Shown here piece by piece: positions 1-13,664 of a DNA stretch of 64,000 nt (position 1 is the stretch's first letter; the number at the start of each line of letters is the position of its first letter). A program made the position numbers and the translations under genes. The DNA is from Octopus sinensis (taxonomy: Eukaryota). The DNA lies in the NCBI RefSeq assembly GCF_006345805.1, contig NC_042997.1:200632001-200696000 (forward strand), in the 5' to 3' direction. Under the pieces are notes generated by a model. The model worked only from the letters and a program-made list of their open reading frames with translations. It ran no database searches and was not told the origin of the DNA.

Positions 1-17
1 GTCTGTGTATCTGCCTG

Positions 18-50
<33 letters not shown>

Positions 51-1009
51 GCCTGTTTATTTGTTTGTCTCTCTCTCTCTCTCTCTATCTATTTATCTAT
101 CTATCTAAAAGGGTCACATAGAAGTAGACTTTAGTATTTGGAAAGTTATATATACCGAAAGGTATCACAATACTATTTTTAAAAAATCCGAGATTTTGTC
201 AAACTGCCGTTACAATCTAAAATTTCTTCTGAAATATTTTCAATCGACTTTAACTCTTCAGAAAAGCGACAAACATTCGAATAATTCTCGACTATGAGAC
301 CATGCAGTAAGCATTCTGCATGAAAGAATTCTACACTTTGGCTGGAAAAACTTCAATGGAATTTTTTCTTCTGGTTTAAGCACCAACGACACTGTCGTCG
401 TAGTGACCTACTTTCGTTAATAAAAACGGACTTTGCTCACAGCTAATAACAAGGATCAGTTTGCACCTTGCGGTACATTTTCCGTTATGAAACACATTTC
501 AAAATTCATAAATATAATTTGCATGAATGGAAAAAAAAAACTAATTAGCAGTAATGAATTAGTAACTGTTCAACTGAAATTAAACACACACACATCTGTG
601 TGTATATGTCTGTGAAATATATACATACATACATACATACATACATACATACATACATACATACATACATACATTCATACATACATACATAGATATATAT
701 ATACATACATACATACATTCATATATACATACATTCATATATACATACATACATTACATACATACATTATATACATACATACATACATACATACATACAT
801 ACATTAATATATACATACATTACATACAGACATACATTACATACATACATAAGTTTTCAACGTGTGTAATTTTGTGATGACTTAAAGTGGTTCGACGATT
901 TAGCGCCTTTTTTCAGTATATAGGCTACATTTTTTCTATGCCCTTAATTATAATTATAAATATGATTTCACCTTAATATATATACATGCATATGTACAAA
1001 CATACACAT

Positions 1010-1345
1010 ACATATATGCATATATGGGTATAGGACGTCACAAACCGTAAACAACATGAAATACGAAAACAAAAGAGTTGAATGCATAAACGATGGAAAC
1101 AAACGGAAAACAGGAAAAGTAACATAAAGAAAGACCCTTCATCAGTTGTCGGCTGTCCATCTACTCCTCGTTTCGAGCATTGAACGACAATATGAGTCTT
1201 CGAAGGGCAGTTGCTCCCGCAAACAAAAATAAAACTTGGGATTTGCGGTGGGTCAACGTTGGTAACAAAAACAGGACAGTGGAGACATACGAGGAAACCG
1301 AACGGAAACAAACATGGAGGGTCACGCATCCATTCCAAGTAAGTT
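1010..1345. repeat. Dispersed repeat, unclassified family X, copy 1
   Basis: Aligns by eye to 15645-15950 (shared blocks GACCCTTCATC, TTTCGAGCATT, CAGTTGC.CCCGCAAA, TTTGCGG.GGGTCAA, GGTAACA.AAACAGGACA). Its end (GTCACGCATCCATT.CCAAGT.AGTTTATCTT) recurs near 1740-1772. Confidence 0.6.
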
Positions 1346-1924
1346 TATCTTAATATTTTTCATGCGACTCTACCCTTTACTGTTCTCTCCCCCTATCGCC
1401 TTCTCTCTCACCCTTTCGCTAATTCCTTTTTTTCTCCCCTTCACCGTTTTCTTTCTATCTGTCTGTTTGTCTGTCTCTCTCCCTCTTTCTCCTTTACATA
1501 CTCTCTCTTGCTGCTCATACGTGACCATCGTCCATCTTCCTTTTCCTCACGTGATGATCTTTCTTTTCCTTCACGGCTGTCGTAGAGACTGCACGCATCC
1601 CATCTACCTCTCTCTCTCCCATCTTTGCTCTTGTCAAAGAGAATATTTCACCAGCGTTTGCTATTTTACCTTCGTCTGGTCTAACGACCCTCCACAATAT
1701 ATATATATATATATATTGTTTATGTTATTATTTGATTGAACGTCACGCATCCATTTCCAAGTGAGTTTATCTTTATATGTGTGTGTGCGTACATACATTA
1801 TTAATATAAACAACGCTGCACTTAACATCATATAAGTAAACAAACCAAAATATGTGTAGATAATAATTATAGATGGACTTTCTTCATCCTCAGATTCCAG
1901 TACATTCTGTTATTCTTTCATTCT

Positions 1925-2571
1925 TTTACTTGTTTTAGTCATGCTGGAGCACTGCCTTTAATCGGACAAATCGTCCCCAGGACTTATTCTTTGTAAGCCC
2001 AGTACTTCGGCTCCCTTTTGCCGAACCGTTAACTGACCGGGACCTAAACACACAAGCATCAGTTGCCAAGCGATGGTGGGGGGTAGAAACACAGACACAC
2101 AAACATACACACACACACATATAAAAACCAAAATAGAATAAAAAACTGCAGAAGACTTGTATTATATGGTTAAAGAATATATTTAAATTGGTTATTTCTC
2201 CCAAAACAATGTCACTACACACAAATTGTTTTATAACATTCTCCTAACATGCCGATTTAAATATATTCTTTAACCATATAATACAAGTCTTCTGTAGTAT
2301 TTTTACCCTTTTTTTATACATCCAACAACGTGCTCACATACCAACTCTTTCACCCACGCACACGCACACACACACACACATACATATATATATGCATATA
2401 TATATATACATATATATATATGACGAGCTTCTTTCAGTTTCCGTCTACGAAATCGACTCACAAGGCTTTGGTTGGCCCTTGGCTATAGTACCAGGGTGCC
2501 GCGCAGTGGGACTTAACCCAGAACCATGTGGTTGGGAAGCAAGCTACTTACCACACAGCCACTCCTGCGCC
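1925..2571 (-). mobile_element. tRNA-derived SINE family B with internal microsatellite
   Basis: Reverse complement of 2420-2571 is GGCGCAGGAGTGGCTGTGTGGTAAG...GGGTTAAGTCCC (A/B-box-like head), matching 50947-51110. The 3' part at 1925-2100 matches 51180-51300. Confidence 0.7.
2140..2303. repeat. Inverted repeat, ~50-bp arms, ~60-bp spacer
   Basis: GAAGACTTGTATTATATGGTTAAAGAATATATTTAAAT (2151-2188) is the exact reverse complement of 2255-2292. Confidence 0.85.
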
Positions 2572-3091
2572 TTTATATATATAAATATATATCTGTGTGT
2601 GTGTGTGTGTGTGTATGTGTGTGTGTGTATGTGTGTGTGTGTATATATACATACATATATATACATACACACACACACATACGCACACAGACACAGGCAC
2701 ACAGACACAGGCACACACACATATATACATGCACTGTGTTAAGTTCAATGAGTAAAGTCGAGTAAATACACATCATAATATAATTTTAAATAATAATGGA
2801 GATAATAAATCGAATATAAGTAGGAAAATAAGTTAATATTTATTGATATAGATATATACATATAATCGATAGATAGAAGATAGGCAAACGAAATGGAAAG
2901 AAAGAAAGAGAAAATGTCGAAGAAAACTATAAGAAATTAATGACAAGTTATCGGTCATAATAAAACAACAAGAGGTTGGAATAAACTAGTGTCAGTTTAG
3001 TTGTATAAAATAGAAGGACACGATTATCTTAAACCAGCTATGTCAATATTTACACAGATTTGAATAATTATGTCAACATACGATTTTTACA

Positions 3092-3130
<39 letters not shown>

Positions 3131-3136
<6 letters not shown>

Positions 3137-3549
3137 GTATAGAGGGCATTATTACACATAAATGCCTCACACTAAGAGGGACAAAGTCATTACTACCAAA
3201 ATTATACTAATCATACCTAAATGCGGTTTTTCAAAGCAAGACATTAAAAAAATGAATTTAGTTCTGTATCACCGTGATTTCACATTCAACTTACGTCTTA
3301 TGATCCTCAGCAGAACTGATTCTGAACACATCATAAATAAACTAAGAATCAGTTAAGAATCAGTTCTGCTGAGGATCATAAGACGTAAAGTTGAATGTGA
3401 AATCACGGTGATACAGAACTAAATCATTTTTTTAAATGTCTTGCTTTGAAAAACTGCATTTGGGTATGATTAGTATAATTTTGGTAGTAATGACTTTGTC
3501 CCTCTTAGTGTGAGGCATTTATGTGTAATAATGCCCTCTATACAATATA
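3131..3549. repeat. Near-perfect palindrome, ~193-bp arms, 32-nt loop
   Basis: 3131-3323 is the reverse complement of 3356-3549, apart from two clear substitutions and a few small differences at homopolymer runs. Confidence 0.95.
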
Positions 3550-3781
3550 GATATAATTAATTTTGTCAAAAGAAAAATTATTTTCGAATTCTTTTCTTTT
3601 ATGAGGTTTTCACGCTAGCTGCCTGATAATTTCTTGTTAAGATCCCTTATTAAGAGATTATCCTTAATTGTTAAACTTATATATATATATATATATATAT
3701 ATTCCTACTGACATACAAGCACACACACATACTGTAAAGATTCCGAGAAAATCCACATTCAGGTACGCTAAGTGAAAAAGT

Positions 3782-3836
<55 letters not shown>

Positions 3837-3838
3837 TA

Positions 3839-4394
3839 AATGCCCTGATGCAGTACCAGGCAGTGGTTCTCATGGCTTCTGATCTTAATTGATTGGAAGT
3901 GTTATCATGTACATTGTTTTATCTTAGTATAAAAGATGGGCTACAGCAAATATTCTGATCAATACCACAGATTTGCTTGTCAGTTGTTGACCTTAATCAG
4001 TTGAGCATGTCCCTTAGTGGCTGACGAAATGTGCATCTCTGATCACGAGCAGAAGTAGTGGGGGAGCATCATAGCCATGTGTTGAGAGGGATTCTTTGGG
4101 GTTTTAATAATTCACCTCTGGAAACATGGGTGGTTCTTTTAACATCCTTAAACAACCCTTATTCAGGGACCTTTTGAGCGGGATGGGCTACTCAACCTGA
4201 AGAAAATTCTAACTGGGCCCCACCTGCAAGGTCATCTGCTGTTTATCTTGATATGAGATCACCATGTCGCGCACATATGGTTGTGATGCATGTGCCTGGC
4301 GTACCCTTATCAGACGGGTAGTCATGATGGGTATATTGGGCTTCGTATATTTTACCCCAGTGTCACTTTGATGGCATGAACTGCTCTCTCACTC
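3839..4394 (-). mobile_element. Probable retroposon or LINE 3' segment bracketed by (TAA)n tracts
   Basis: Non-coding ~555-bp block between (TAA)n at 3783-3838 and 4395-4445. On the minus strand it ends in an (ATT)n tail. It resembles a repeat I recall from octopus DNA (unverified). Confidence 0.35.
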
Positions 4395-4445
<51 letters not shown>

Positions 4446-4682
4446 TAGGTGCATTAGGCATGATAAAAAAATATTCAGACAAATACATAACAAAAACACC
4501 AGGACTTACAAACACATATAACATACAGAAAATTGCACTACTAGGCACTGCACACATCCTACGCAGAACACTTTCCATACAATAACCATCAGAGCATCAC
4601 AACAAATCACAGCACATACCCAAGGCACACAGAGCTGCGCTCGGTAGTGAAGTGAAAGCACGCTATAAAAATAAAACTACTG
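4446..4682 (+). mobile_element. R4/Dong-type LINE family 1, 3'-end fragment
   Basis: Near-identical to the last ~237 bp of the three long copies (..GALGMIKKYSDKYITKTPGL..TAHILRRTLSIQ* plus 3' UTR). Flanked by (TAA)n. Confidence 0.9.
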
Positions 4683-4716
4683 AATAATAATAATAATAAT
4701 AATGAGAATAATGATA

Positions 4717-4766
<50 letters not shown>

Positions 4767-4767
4767 A

Positions 4768-5040
4768 CATTGACCCCAGTTCGTAACTGGTACCTTTTTT
4801 TAATCGACCCCGAAAAGATGAAAGGTAAAGTCGACCTTAGCGGAGTTTGAACTCAGAACGCTCGTCTGCCGTTACGTTCTGAGTTCAAATTCCGCCAAGG
4901 TCGACTTTGCCTTTCATTCTTTCGGGCTCAATTAAAAAAAAGTACCAGTTACGCACTGTGGTCGATATAATCGACTTAATCCCTTTGTCTGTCCTTGTTT
5001 TCCCCTCTATGTTTAGCCCCCAGTGGGCAATAAAGAAATA
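4768..5040. mobile_element. Fold-back SINE family A: inverted partial copy plus head-less forward copy (unit 1 junction)
   Basis: 4768-4860 is the reverse complement of 4875-4966. The forward copy runs to the tail ..GTGGGCAATAAAGAAATA. Repeated at 7728-8003 and 10700-10975. Confidence 0.9.
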
Positions 5041-5049
5041 AACAACAAC

Positions 5050-5117
<68 letters not shown>

Positions 5118-5167
5118 TAATAATAATAACGATAATGATAATAATAGTAATAATAATAATGATAATA

Positions 5168-7652
5168 AGAAGAATTGGAAGAATTCTGGAGAGAAATATG
5201 GTCGGCGAACGAACAGCCAAAAAAAAGGAGTACCAAAATATCAAAAATATCAAACTCGGCATCTGAACAACTTTGGACCCCCATAACAACTGAAGAGGTC
5301 ACCCAGGCACTGCAAAAACTAAGCAACTGGAAGGCACCTGGGCATGACAAGATCCCCAACTTCTGGTTGAAATATCTAACAGGAATGCACAAAAAGCTGG
5401 CTGAAAACTTTAACAGCATACTAGCAGAGCCAGAGACAATGCCTGAATGGCTCACGAAGGGGAAAACCATCTTAATTTCCAAAATCAAATGAAACAACAA
5501 AACCAGAAAACTACAGACCAATAACCTGCCTCCCTACTATGTTCAAGGCATTTACTGCAGTGATATCACAAGGCTGAAAAGCACCTGGACGAAAACAAAC
5601 TGTTCCCAGAAGAGCAGAAAGGATACCGCAAAGGCTCATATGGCTGTAAAGATCAACTAATGATTAATAAGCCGTAACTGAAGACAGCCCCAGAAGAAGA
5701 AAGCCTCAGTATGGCCTGGATTGACTACAAAAAGGCGTTTGATAGCATCCCCCACATGGATCCTCGAAACACTAGCCATTAACAAGTAGCACCAACAATC
5801 ATAAAATTCATAGAGCACTCTATGAATAAATGGCAAACAGTCCTACACCTCCAAACAAAAGAGGGACTCATGAAAACCAAAGACATCCCCATTAGAAGAG
5901 GAATATTCCAGGGAGACCGCTCTCTCCACTCCTTTTCTGCTTGGCACTGTCACCTCTATCTGATATGCTAAATAGAACTGGATGCGGATATAAATGTTAC
6001 GGCAAAACGATCAGCCACCTTTTATATATGGATGACCTAAAACTATACGCTGCAAATGACAACAGCTGGAAACACTATTAAAGACATGGATGGATTTACC
6101 AAGAAATAGATATGAAATTTGGATTAGAAAAATGCGCCAAAGTAACCATGAAAAGAGGAAACTAGTTAAGAGTAACATCACACTAGATAAAACCAATGAA
6201 ATAAAAGAATTAGACCAAAGCCAAACTTACAATACTTAGGAATCCATGAACTAGATAAGACACAACACACACAAATGAAAGAGAAAATAAAAAAGAATAT
6301 TTTAGACGAGTAAGATCATACTAAAAACAGAGCTCAATGGTAAAAACAAGATAATAGGTATCAACACTTTAGCTGTCCCAGTTATAAGTTACAGCTACAA
6401 TATCCTTAACTGGACACGAAATGAACTGTCCAAAATAGATAGGAAAACAAGAAAAATACTGACAGGATCTAGGATGCATCACCCAAAATCTGACATAGAA
6501 AGACTATATATACAACGTATAGAAGGTGGTAGAGGCCTTATACAGCTGGAAAACTACTATAAAATAACCACCATAGGACTGCAAAAATACCTACTTCAGA
6601 AGGAGGAAACTGATCCAGATAGCACAAACACGAGCAAAACAAAAACTGTTCTCAGTATTTAAGGAAGCTGACAAATACAAACAGAATCATACCACCTAAT
6701 AAACACAAGAAGAAGAAGAAGAGATGATGAAGAAACAACAAAAGCTATAAAACAAATGAAATCCAAACTAAAAATAAACAGCAACGAGCCATGATAAAAC
6801 GATGGCAAGAAAAGCCCTTCATGGTAAATACTGGACTAAACTAAATGCAAAAGAATAGACAAATAAAAATCCCAGCAATGGTTGAGAAGCTCAGGACTCA
6901 AAGCAGAAACAGAGGGATTTTTAATCGCAGCACAAGACCAAAGCCTCCCCACCAGAATTACCAAAAACATGTAATGAAAAGAAATATTACAAGTAACTGC
7001 AGAATATGTGGAGATGGACAAAAACAATAAATCATATTATCTCTAGCTGCCCAGTTCTGGCTAAGAAGGAATATTCACAGACATGACAGAGTTGGAACCT
7101 ACATACATTGGAAGCTATGCCAACATTATGGAATAACAACAGAAAAAAGATGGTATAGGCACACACCAGAAAAGGTCACAGGAAAAGAAAGCAACCATAC
7201 TCTGGGATATGCCGATACACACAGATAGAGAATTAAGGCCAACAATCCAGATATAGTTGTCAGAGATCATGAAGAAAAAAATGCTTTCTAATTGATGTAT
7301 CAATACCGGCAGATGACAACGTGTCTCTAAAAGAAATGGAGAAACTCTCAAAATACAGACATGGAAATAGAGGTAACTAGAATGTGGAACCTGAAAACAG
7401 AAACAATTCCTATCATAGTAGGTGCATTAGGCATGATAAAAAAATATCAGACAATACATAACAAAAACACCAGGACTTACAAACACATAAACATACAGAA
7501 AATTGCACTACTAGGCACTGCACACATCCTACGCAGAACACTTTCCATACAATAACCATCAGAGCATCACAACAAATCACAGCACATACCCAAGGCACAC
7601 AGAGCTGCGCTCGGTAGTGAAGTGAAAGCACGCTATAAAAATAAAACTACTG
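5168..7652 (+). mobile_element. R4/Dong-type non-LTR retrotransposon family 1, 5'-truncated, copy 1
   Basis: Frameshifted ORF with RT motifs (KAPGHD, YRPITCL, WIDYKKAFDS, GIFQGD, YMDDLK), CCHC finger (CRICG..H....C), RHD motif and endonuclease PD..D motif. Flanked by (TAA)n. Confidence 0.92.
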
Positions 7653-7689
7653 AATAATAATAATAATAATAATAATGAGAATAATGATA

Positions 7690-7727
<38 letters not shown>

Positions 7728-8012
7728 ACATTGACCCCAGTTCGTAACTGGTACCTTTTTTTAATCGACCCCAAAAAGATAAAAGGTAAAGTCGACCTTA
7801 GCGGAGTTTGAACTCAGAACGCTCGTCTGCCGTTACGTTCTGAGTTCAAATTCCGCCAAGGTCGACTTTGCCTTTCATCCTTTCGGGCTCAATTAAAAAA
7901 AAAGTACCAGTTACGCACTGTGGTCGATATAATCGACTTAATCCCTTTGTCTGTCCTTGTTTTCCCCTCTATGTTTAGCCCCCAGTGGGCAATAAAGAAA
8001 TAAACAACAACA

Positions 8013-8087
<75 letters not shown>

Positions 8088-8122
8088 GATAATGATAATA
8101 ATAGTAATAATAATAATGATAA

Positions 8123-10625
8123 TAAGAAGAATTGGAAGAATCTGGAGAGAAATATGGTCGGCGAACGAACAGCCAAAAAAAAGGAGTACCAAAATATCAA
8201 AAATATCAAACTCGGCATCTGAACAACTTTGGACCCCCATAACACTGAAGAGGTCACCCAGGCACTGCAAAAACTAAGCAACTGGAAGGCACCTGGGCAT
8301 GACAAGATCCCCAACTTCTGGTTGAAATATCTAACAGGAATGCACAAAAAGCTGGCTGAAAACTTTAACAGCATACTAGCAGAGCCAGAGACAATGCCTG
8401 AATGGCTCACGAAGGGGAAACCATCTTAATTCCCAAATCAAATGAAACAACAAAACCAGAAAACTACAGACCAATAACCTGCCTCCCTACTATGTTCAAG
8501 GCATTTACTGCAGTGATATCGCAAAGGCTGAACAAGCACCTGGACGAAAACAAACTGTTCCCAGAAAGCCAAAGGATACCGCAAAGGCTCATATGGCTGT
8601 AAAGATCAACTAATGATTAATAAAGCCGTAACTGAAGACAGCCACAGAAAGAAGAAAGGCCTCAGTATTGCCTGGATTGACTACAAAAAGGCGTTTGATA
8701 GCATCCCCCACACATGGATCCTCGAAACACTAGCCATTAACAAGTAGCACCAACATCATAAAATTCATAGACACTCTATGAATAAATGGCAAACAGTCCT
8801 ACCCTCCAAACAAAAGAGGACTCATGAAAACCAAAGACATCCCCATTAGAAGAGGAATATTCCAGGGAGACACGCTCTCTCCACTCCTTTTCTGCTTGGC
8901 ACTGTCACCTCTATCTGATATGCTAATAGAACTGGATGCGGATATAAATGTTACGGCAAAACGATCAGCCACCTTTTATATATGGATGACCTAAAACTAT
9001 ACGCTGCAAATGACAACAGCTGGAAACACTATTAAAGACAGTTCATGGATTTACCAAAGAAAGATATGAAATTTGGATTAGAAAAATGCGCCAAAGTAAC
9101 CATGAAAAGAGGAAAACTAGTTAAGAGTAACATCACACTAGATAAAACCAATGAAATAAAAGAATTAGACCAAAGCCAAACTTACAAATACTTAGGAATC
9201 CATGAACTAGATAAGACACAACACACACAAATGAAAGAGAAAATAAAAAAGAATATTTTAGACGAGTAAGATCAATACTAAAAACAGAGCTCAATGGTAA
9301 AAACAAGATAATAGGTATCAACACTTTAGCTGTCCCAGTTATAAGTTACAGCTACAATATCCTTAACTGGACACGAAATGAACTGTCCAAAATAGATAGG
9401 AAAACAAGAAAAATACTGACAGGATCTAGGATGCATCACCCAAAATCTGACATAGAAAGACTATATATACAACGTATAGAAGGTGGTAGAGGCCTTATAC
9501 AGCTGGAAAACTACTATAAAATAACCACCATAGGACTGCAAAAATACCTACTTCAGAAGGAAGGAAAACTGATCCAGATAGCAGCAAAACACGAGCAAAA
9601 CAAAAACTGTTCTCAGTATTTAAGGAAGCTGACAAATACAACAAGAAATCATACCACCTAATAAACCAAAGAAGAAGAAGAAGAAGATGATGAAGAAACA
9701 CAAAGCTATAAAACAAATGAAATCCAAACTAAAAATAGAACAGCAACGAGCCATGATAAAACGATGGCAGCAAAAAAGCCCCTTCATGGTAAATACTGGA
9801 CTAAACTAAACGCAAAAGAAATAGACAAATAAAAATCCCAGCATGGTTGAGAAGCTCAGGACTCAAAGCAGAAACAAGAGGATTTTTAATCGCAGCACAA
9901 GACCAAAGCCTCCCCACCAGAAATTACCAAAAACATGTAATGAAAAGAAATATTACAAGTAACTGCAGAATATGTGGAGATGGACAAGAAACAATAAATC
10001 ATATTATCTAGCTGCCCAGTCCTGGCTAAGAAGGAATATATTCACAGACATGACAGAGTTGGAACCTACATACATTGGAAGCTATGCCAACATTATGGAA
10101 TAACAACAGAAAAAAGATGGTATAGGCACACACCAGAAAAGGTCACAGGAAAAGAGAAAGCAACCATACTCTGGGATATGCCGATACACACAGATAGAGA
10201 AATTAAGGCCAACAATCCAGATATAGTTGTCAGAGATCATGAAGAAAAAAAATGCTTTCTAATTGATGTATCAATACCGGCAGATGACAACGTGTCTCTA
10301 AAAGAAATGGAGAAACTCTCAAAATACAAAGACATGGAAATAGAGGTAACTAGAATGTGGAACCTGAAAACAGAAACAATTCCTATCATAGTAGGTGCAT
10401 TAGGCATGATAAAAAAATATTCAGACAATACATAACAAAAACACCAGGACTTACAAACACATATAACATACAGAAAATTGCACTACTAGGCACTGCACAC
10501 ATCCTACGCAGAACACTTTCATACAATAACCATCAGAGCATCACAACAAATCACAGCACTACCCAAGGCACACAGAGCTGCGCTCGGTAGTGAAGTGAAA
10601 GCACGCTATAAAAATAAAACTACTG
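8123..10625 (+). mobile_element. R4/Dong-type LINE family 1, copy 2
   Basis: Same 5' truncation point, motifs and 3' UTR as copy 1. Differs mostly by single-base indels. Confidence 0.92.
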
Positions 10626-10662
10626 AATAATAATAATAATAATAATAATGAGAATAATGATA

Positions 10663-10700
<38 letters not shown>

Positions 10701-10983
10701 ACATTGACCCCAGTTCGTAACTGGTACCTTTTTTAATCGACCCCAAAAAGATAAAAGTAAAGTCGACCTTAGCGGAGTTGAACTCAGAACGCTCGTCTGC
10801 CGTTACGTTCTGAGTTCAAATTCCGCCAAGGTCGACTTTGCCTTTCATCCTTTCGGGCTCAATTAAAAAAAAAGTACCAGTTACGCACTGTGGTCGTATA
10901 ATCGACTTACTTAACCCTTTGTCTGTCCTTGTTTTCCCCTCTATGTTTAGCCCCCAGTGGGCAATAAAGAAATAAACAACAAC

Positions 10984-11034
<51 letters not shown>

Positions 11035-11092
11035 CTAATAATAATATAATAATAACGATAATGATAATAATAGTAATAATAATAATGATAAT

Positions 11093-13601
11093 AAGAAGAA
11101 TTGGAAGAATTCTGGAGAGAAATATGGTCGGCGAACGAACAGCCAAAAAAAAGGAGTACCAAAATATCAAAAATATCAAACTCGGCATCTGAACAACTTT
11201 GGACCCCCATAACAACTGAAGAGGTCACCCAGGCACTGCAAAAACTAAGCAACTGGAAGGCACCTGGGCATGACAAGATCCCCAACTTCTGGTTGAAATA
11301 TCTAACAGGATGCACAAAAAGCTGGCTGAAAACTTAACAGCATACTAGCAGAGCCAGAGACAATGCCTGAATGGCTCACGAAGGGGGAAAACCATCTTAA
11401 TTCCCAATCAAATGAAACAACAAAACCAGAAAACTACAGACCAATAACCTGCCTCCCTACTATGTTCAAGGCATTTACTGCAGTGATATCGCAAAGGCTG
11501 AACAAGCACCTGGACGAAAACAAACTGTTCCCAGAAGAGCAGAAAGGATACCGCAAAGGCTCATATGGCTGTAAAGATCAACTAATGATTAATAAAGCCG
11601 TAACTGAAGACAGCCACAGAAAGAAGAAAGGCCTCAGTATGGCCTGGATTGACTACAAAAAGGCGTTTGATAGCATCCCCCACACATGGATCCTCGAAAC
11701 ACTAGCCATTAACAAGTAGCACCAACAATCATAAAATTCATAGAGCACTCTATGAATAAATGGCAAACAGTCCTACACCTCCAAACAAAAGAGGGACTCA
11801 TGAAAACCAAAGACATCCCCATTAGAAGAGGAATATTCCAGGGAGACACGCTCTCTCTCCACTCCTTTTCTGCTTGGCACTGTCACCTCTATCTGATATG
11901 CTAATAGAACTGGATGCGGATATAAATGTTACGGCAAAACGATCAGCCACCTTTTATATATGGATGACCTAAAACTATACGCTGCAAATGACAAACAGCT
12001 GGAAACACTATTAAAGACAGTTCATGGATTTACCAAAGAAATAGATATGAAATTTGGATTAGAAAAATGCGCCAAAGTAACCATGAAAAGAGGAAAACTA
12101 GTTAAGAGTAACATCACACTAGATAAAACCAATGAAATAAAAGAATTAGACCAAAGCCAAACTTACAAATACTTAGGAATCCATGAACTAGATAAGACAC
12201 AACACACACAAATGAAAGAGAAAATAAAAAGAATATTTTAGACGAGAGTAAGATCAATACTAAAAACAGAGCTCAATGGTAAAAACAGATAATAGGTATC
12301 AACACTTTAGCTGTCCCAGTTATAAGTTACAGCTACAATATCCTTAACTGGACACGAAATGAACTGTCAAAATAGATAGGAAAACAGAAAATACTGACAG
12401 GATCTAGGATGCATCACCCAAAATCTGACATAGAAAGACTATATATACAACGTATAGAAGGTGGTAGAGGCCTTATACAGCTGGAAAACTACTATAAAAT
12501 AACCACCATAGGACTGCAAAAATACCTACTTCAGAAGGAAGGAAAACTGATCCAGATAGCAGCAAAACACGAGCAAAACAAAAAACTGTTCTCAGTATTT
12601 AAGGAAGCTGACAAATACAAACAAGAAATCATACCACCTAATAAACACAAGAAGAAGAAGAAGAAGATGATGAAGAAACAACAAAAGCTATAAAACAAAT
12701 GAAATCCAAACTAAAAATAGAACAGCAACGAGCCATGATAAAACGATGGCAAGAAAAGCCCCTTCATGTAAATACTGGACAACTAAACGCAAAAGAAATA
12801 GACAAATAAAAACCCAGCAATGGTTGAGAAGCTCAGGACTCAAAGCAGAAACAGAGGGATTTTTAATCGCAGCACAAGACCAAAGCCTCCCCACCAGAAT
12901 TACCAAAAACATGTAATGAAAAGAAATATTACAAGTAACTGCAGAATATGTGGAGATGGACAAGAAACAATAAATCATATTATCTCTAGCTGCCCAGTCC
13001 TGGCTAAGAAGGAATATATTCACAGACATGACAGAGTTGGAACCTACATACATTGGAAGCTATGCCAACATTATGGAATAACAACAGAAAAAAGATAGTA
13101 TAGGCACACCACCAGAAAAGGTCACAGAAAACGAGAAAGCAACCATACTCTGGGATATGCCGATACACACAGATAGAGAAATTAAGGCCAACAGACCAGA
13201 TATAGTTGTCAGAGATCATGAAGAAAAAAAATGCTTTCTAATTGATGTATCAATACCGGCAGATGACAACGTGTCTCTAACAAAATGGAGAAACTCTCAA
13301 AATACAAGACATGGAATAGAGGTAACTAGAATGTGGAACCTGAAAACAGAAACAATTCCTATCATAGTAGGTGCATTAGGCATGATAAAAAAATATTCAG
13401 ACAAATACATAACAAAAACACCAGGACTTACAAACACATATAACATACAGAAAATTGCACTACTAGGCACTGCACACATCCTACGCAGAACACTTTCCAT
13501 ACAATAACCATCAGAGCATCACAACAAATCACAGCACATACCCAAGGCACACAGAGCTGCGCTCGGTAGTGAATTGAAAGCACGCTATAAAAATAAAACT
13601 A

Positions 13602-13604
<3 letters not shown>
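11093..13604 (+). mobile_element. R4/Dong-type LINE family 1, copy 3
   Basis: Same structure. ORF pieces 11363-11719, 11960-12241, 12409-12693 and 13157-13507 carry the RT and endonuclease (ANRPDIVV..LIDVSIP) motifs. Confidence 0.92.

Positions 13605-13662
<58 letters not shown>

Positions 13663-13664
<2 letters not shown>

Noticed and set aside
1130-1180. CTGATGA and GAAAC on the minus strand of family X as a type II hammerhead
   Set aside because: Stems I and III and a cleavage triplet are not evident, and the core is not conserved in the second copy (CTTCATCGT).
4446-13604. Array as repeated independent retrotranspositions or an active LINE cluster
   Set aside because: The identical 5' truncation, shared stop, shared frameshift and co-duplicated SINE junction indicate DNA-level duplication of a dead copy.
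4681-13662. CRISPR-like repeat-spacer arrangement
   Set aside because: Eukaryotic repeat context, identical 'spacers', kilobase units and no cas genes.
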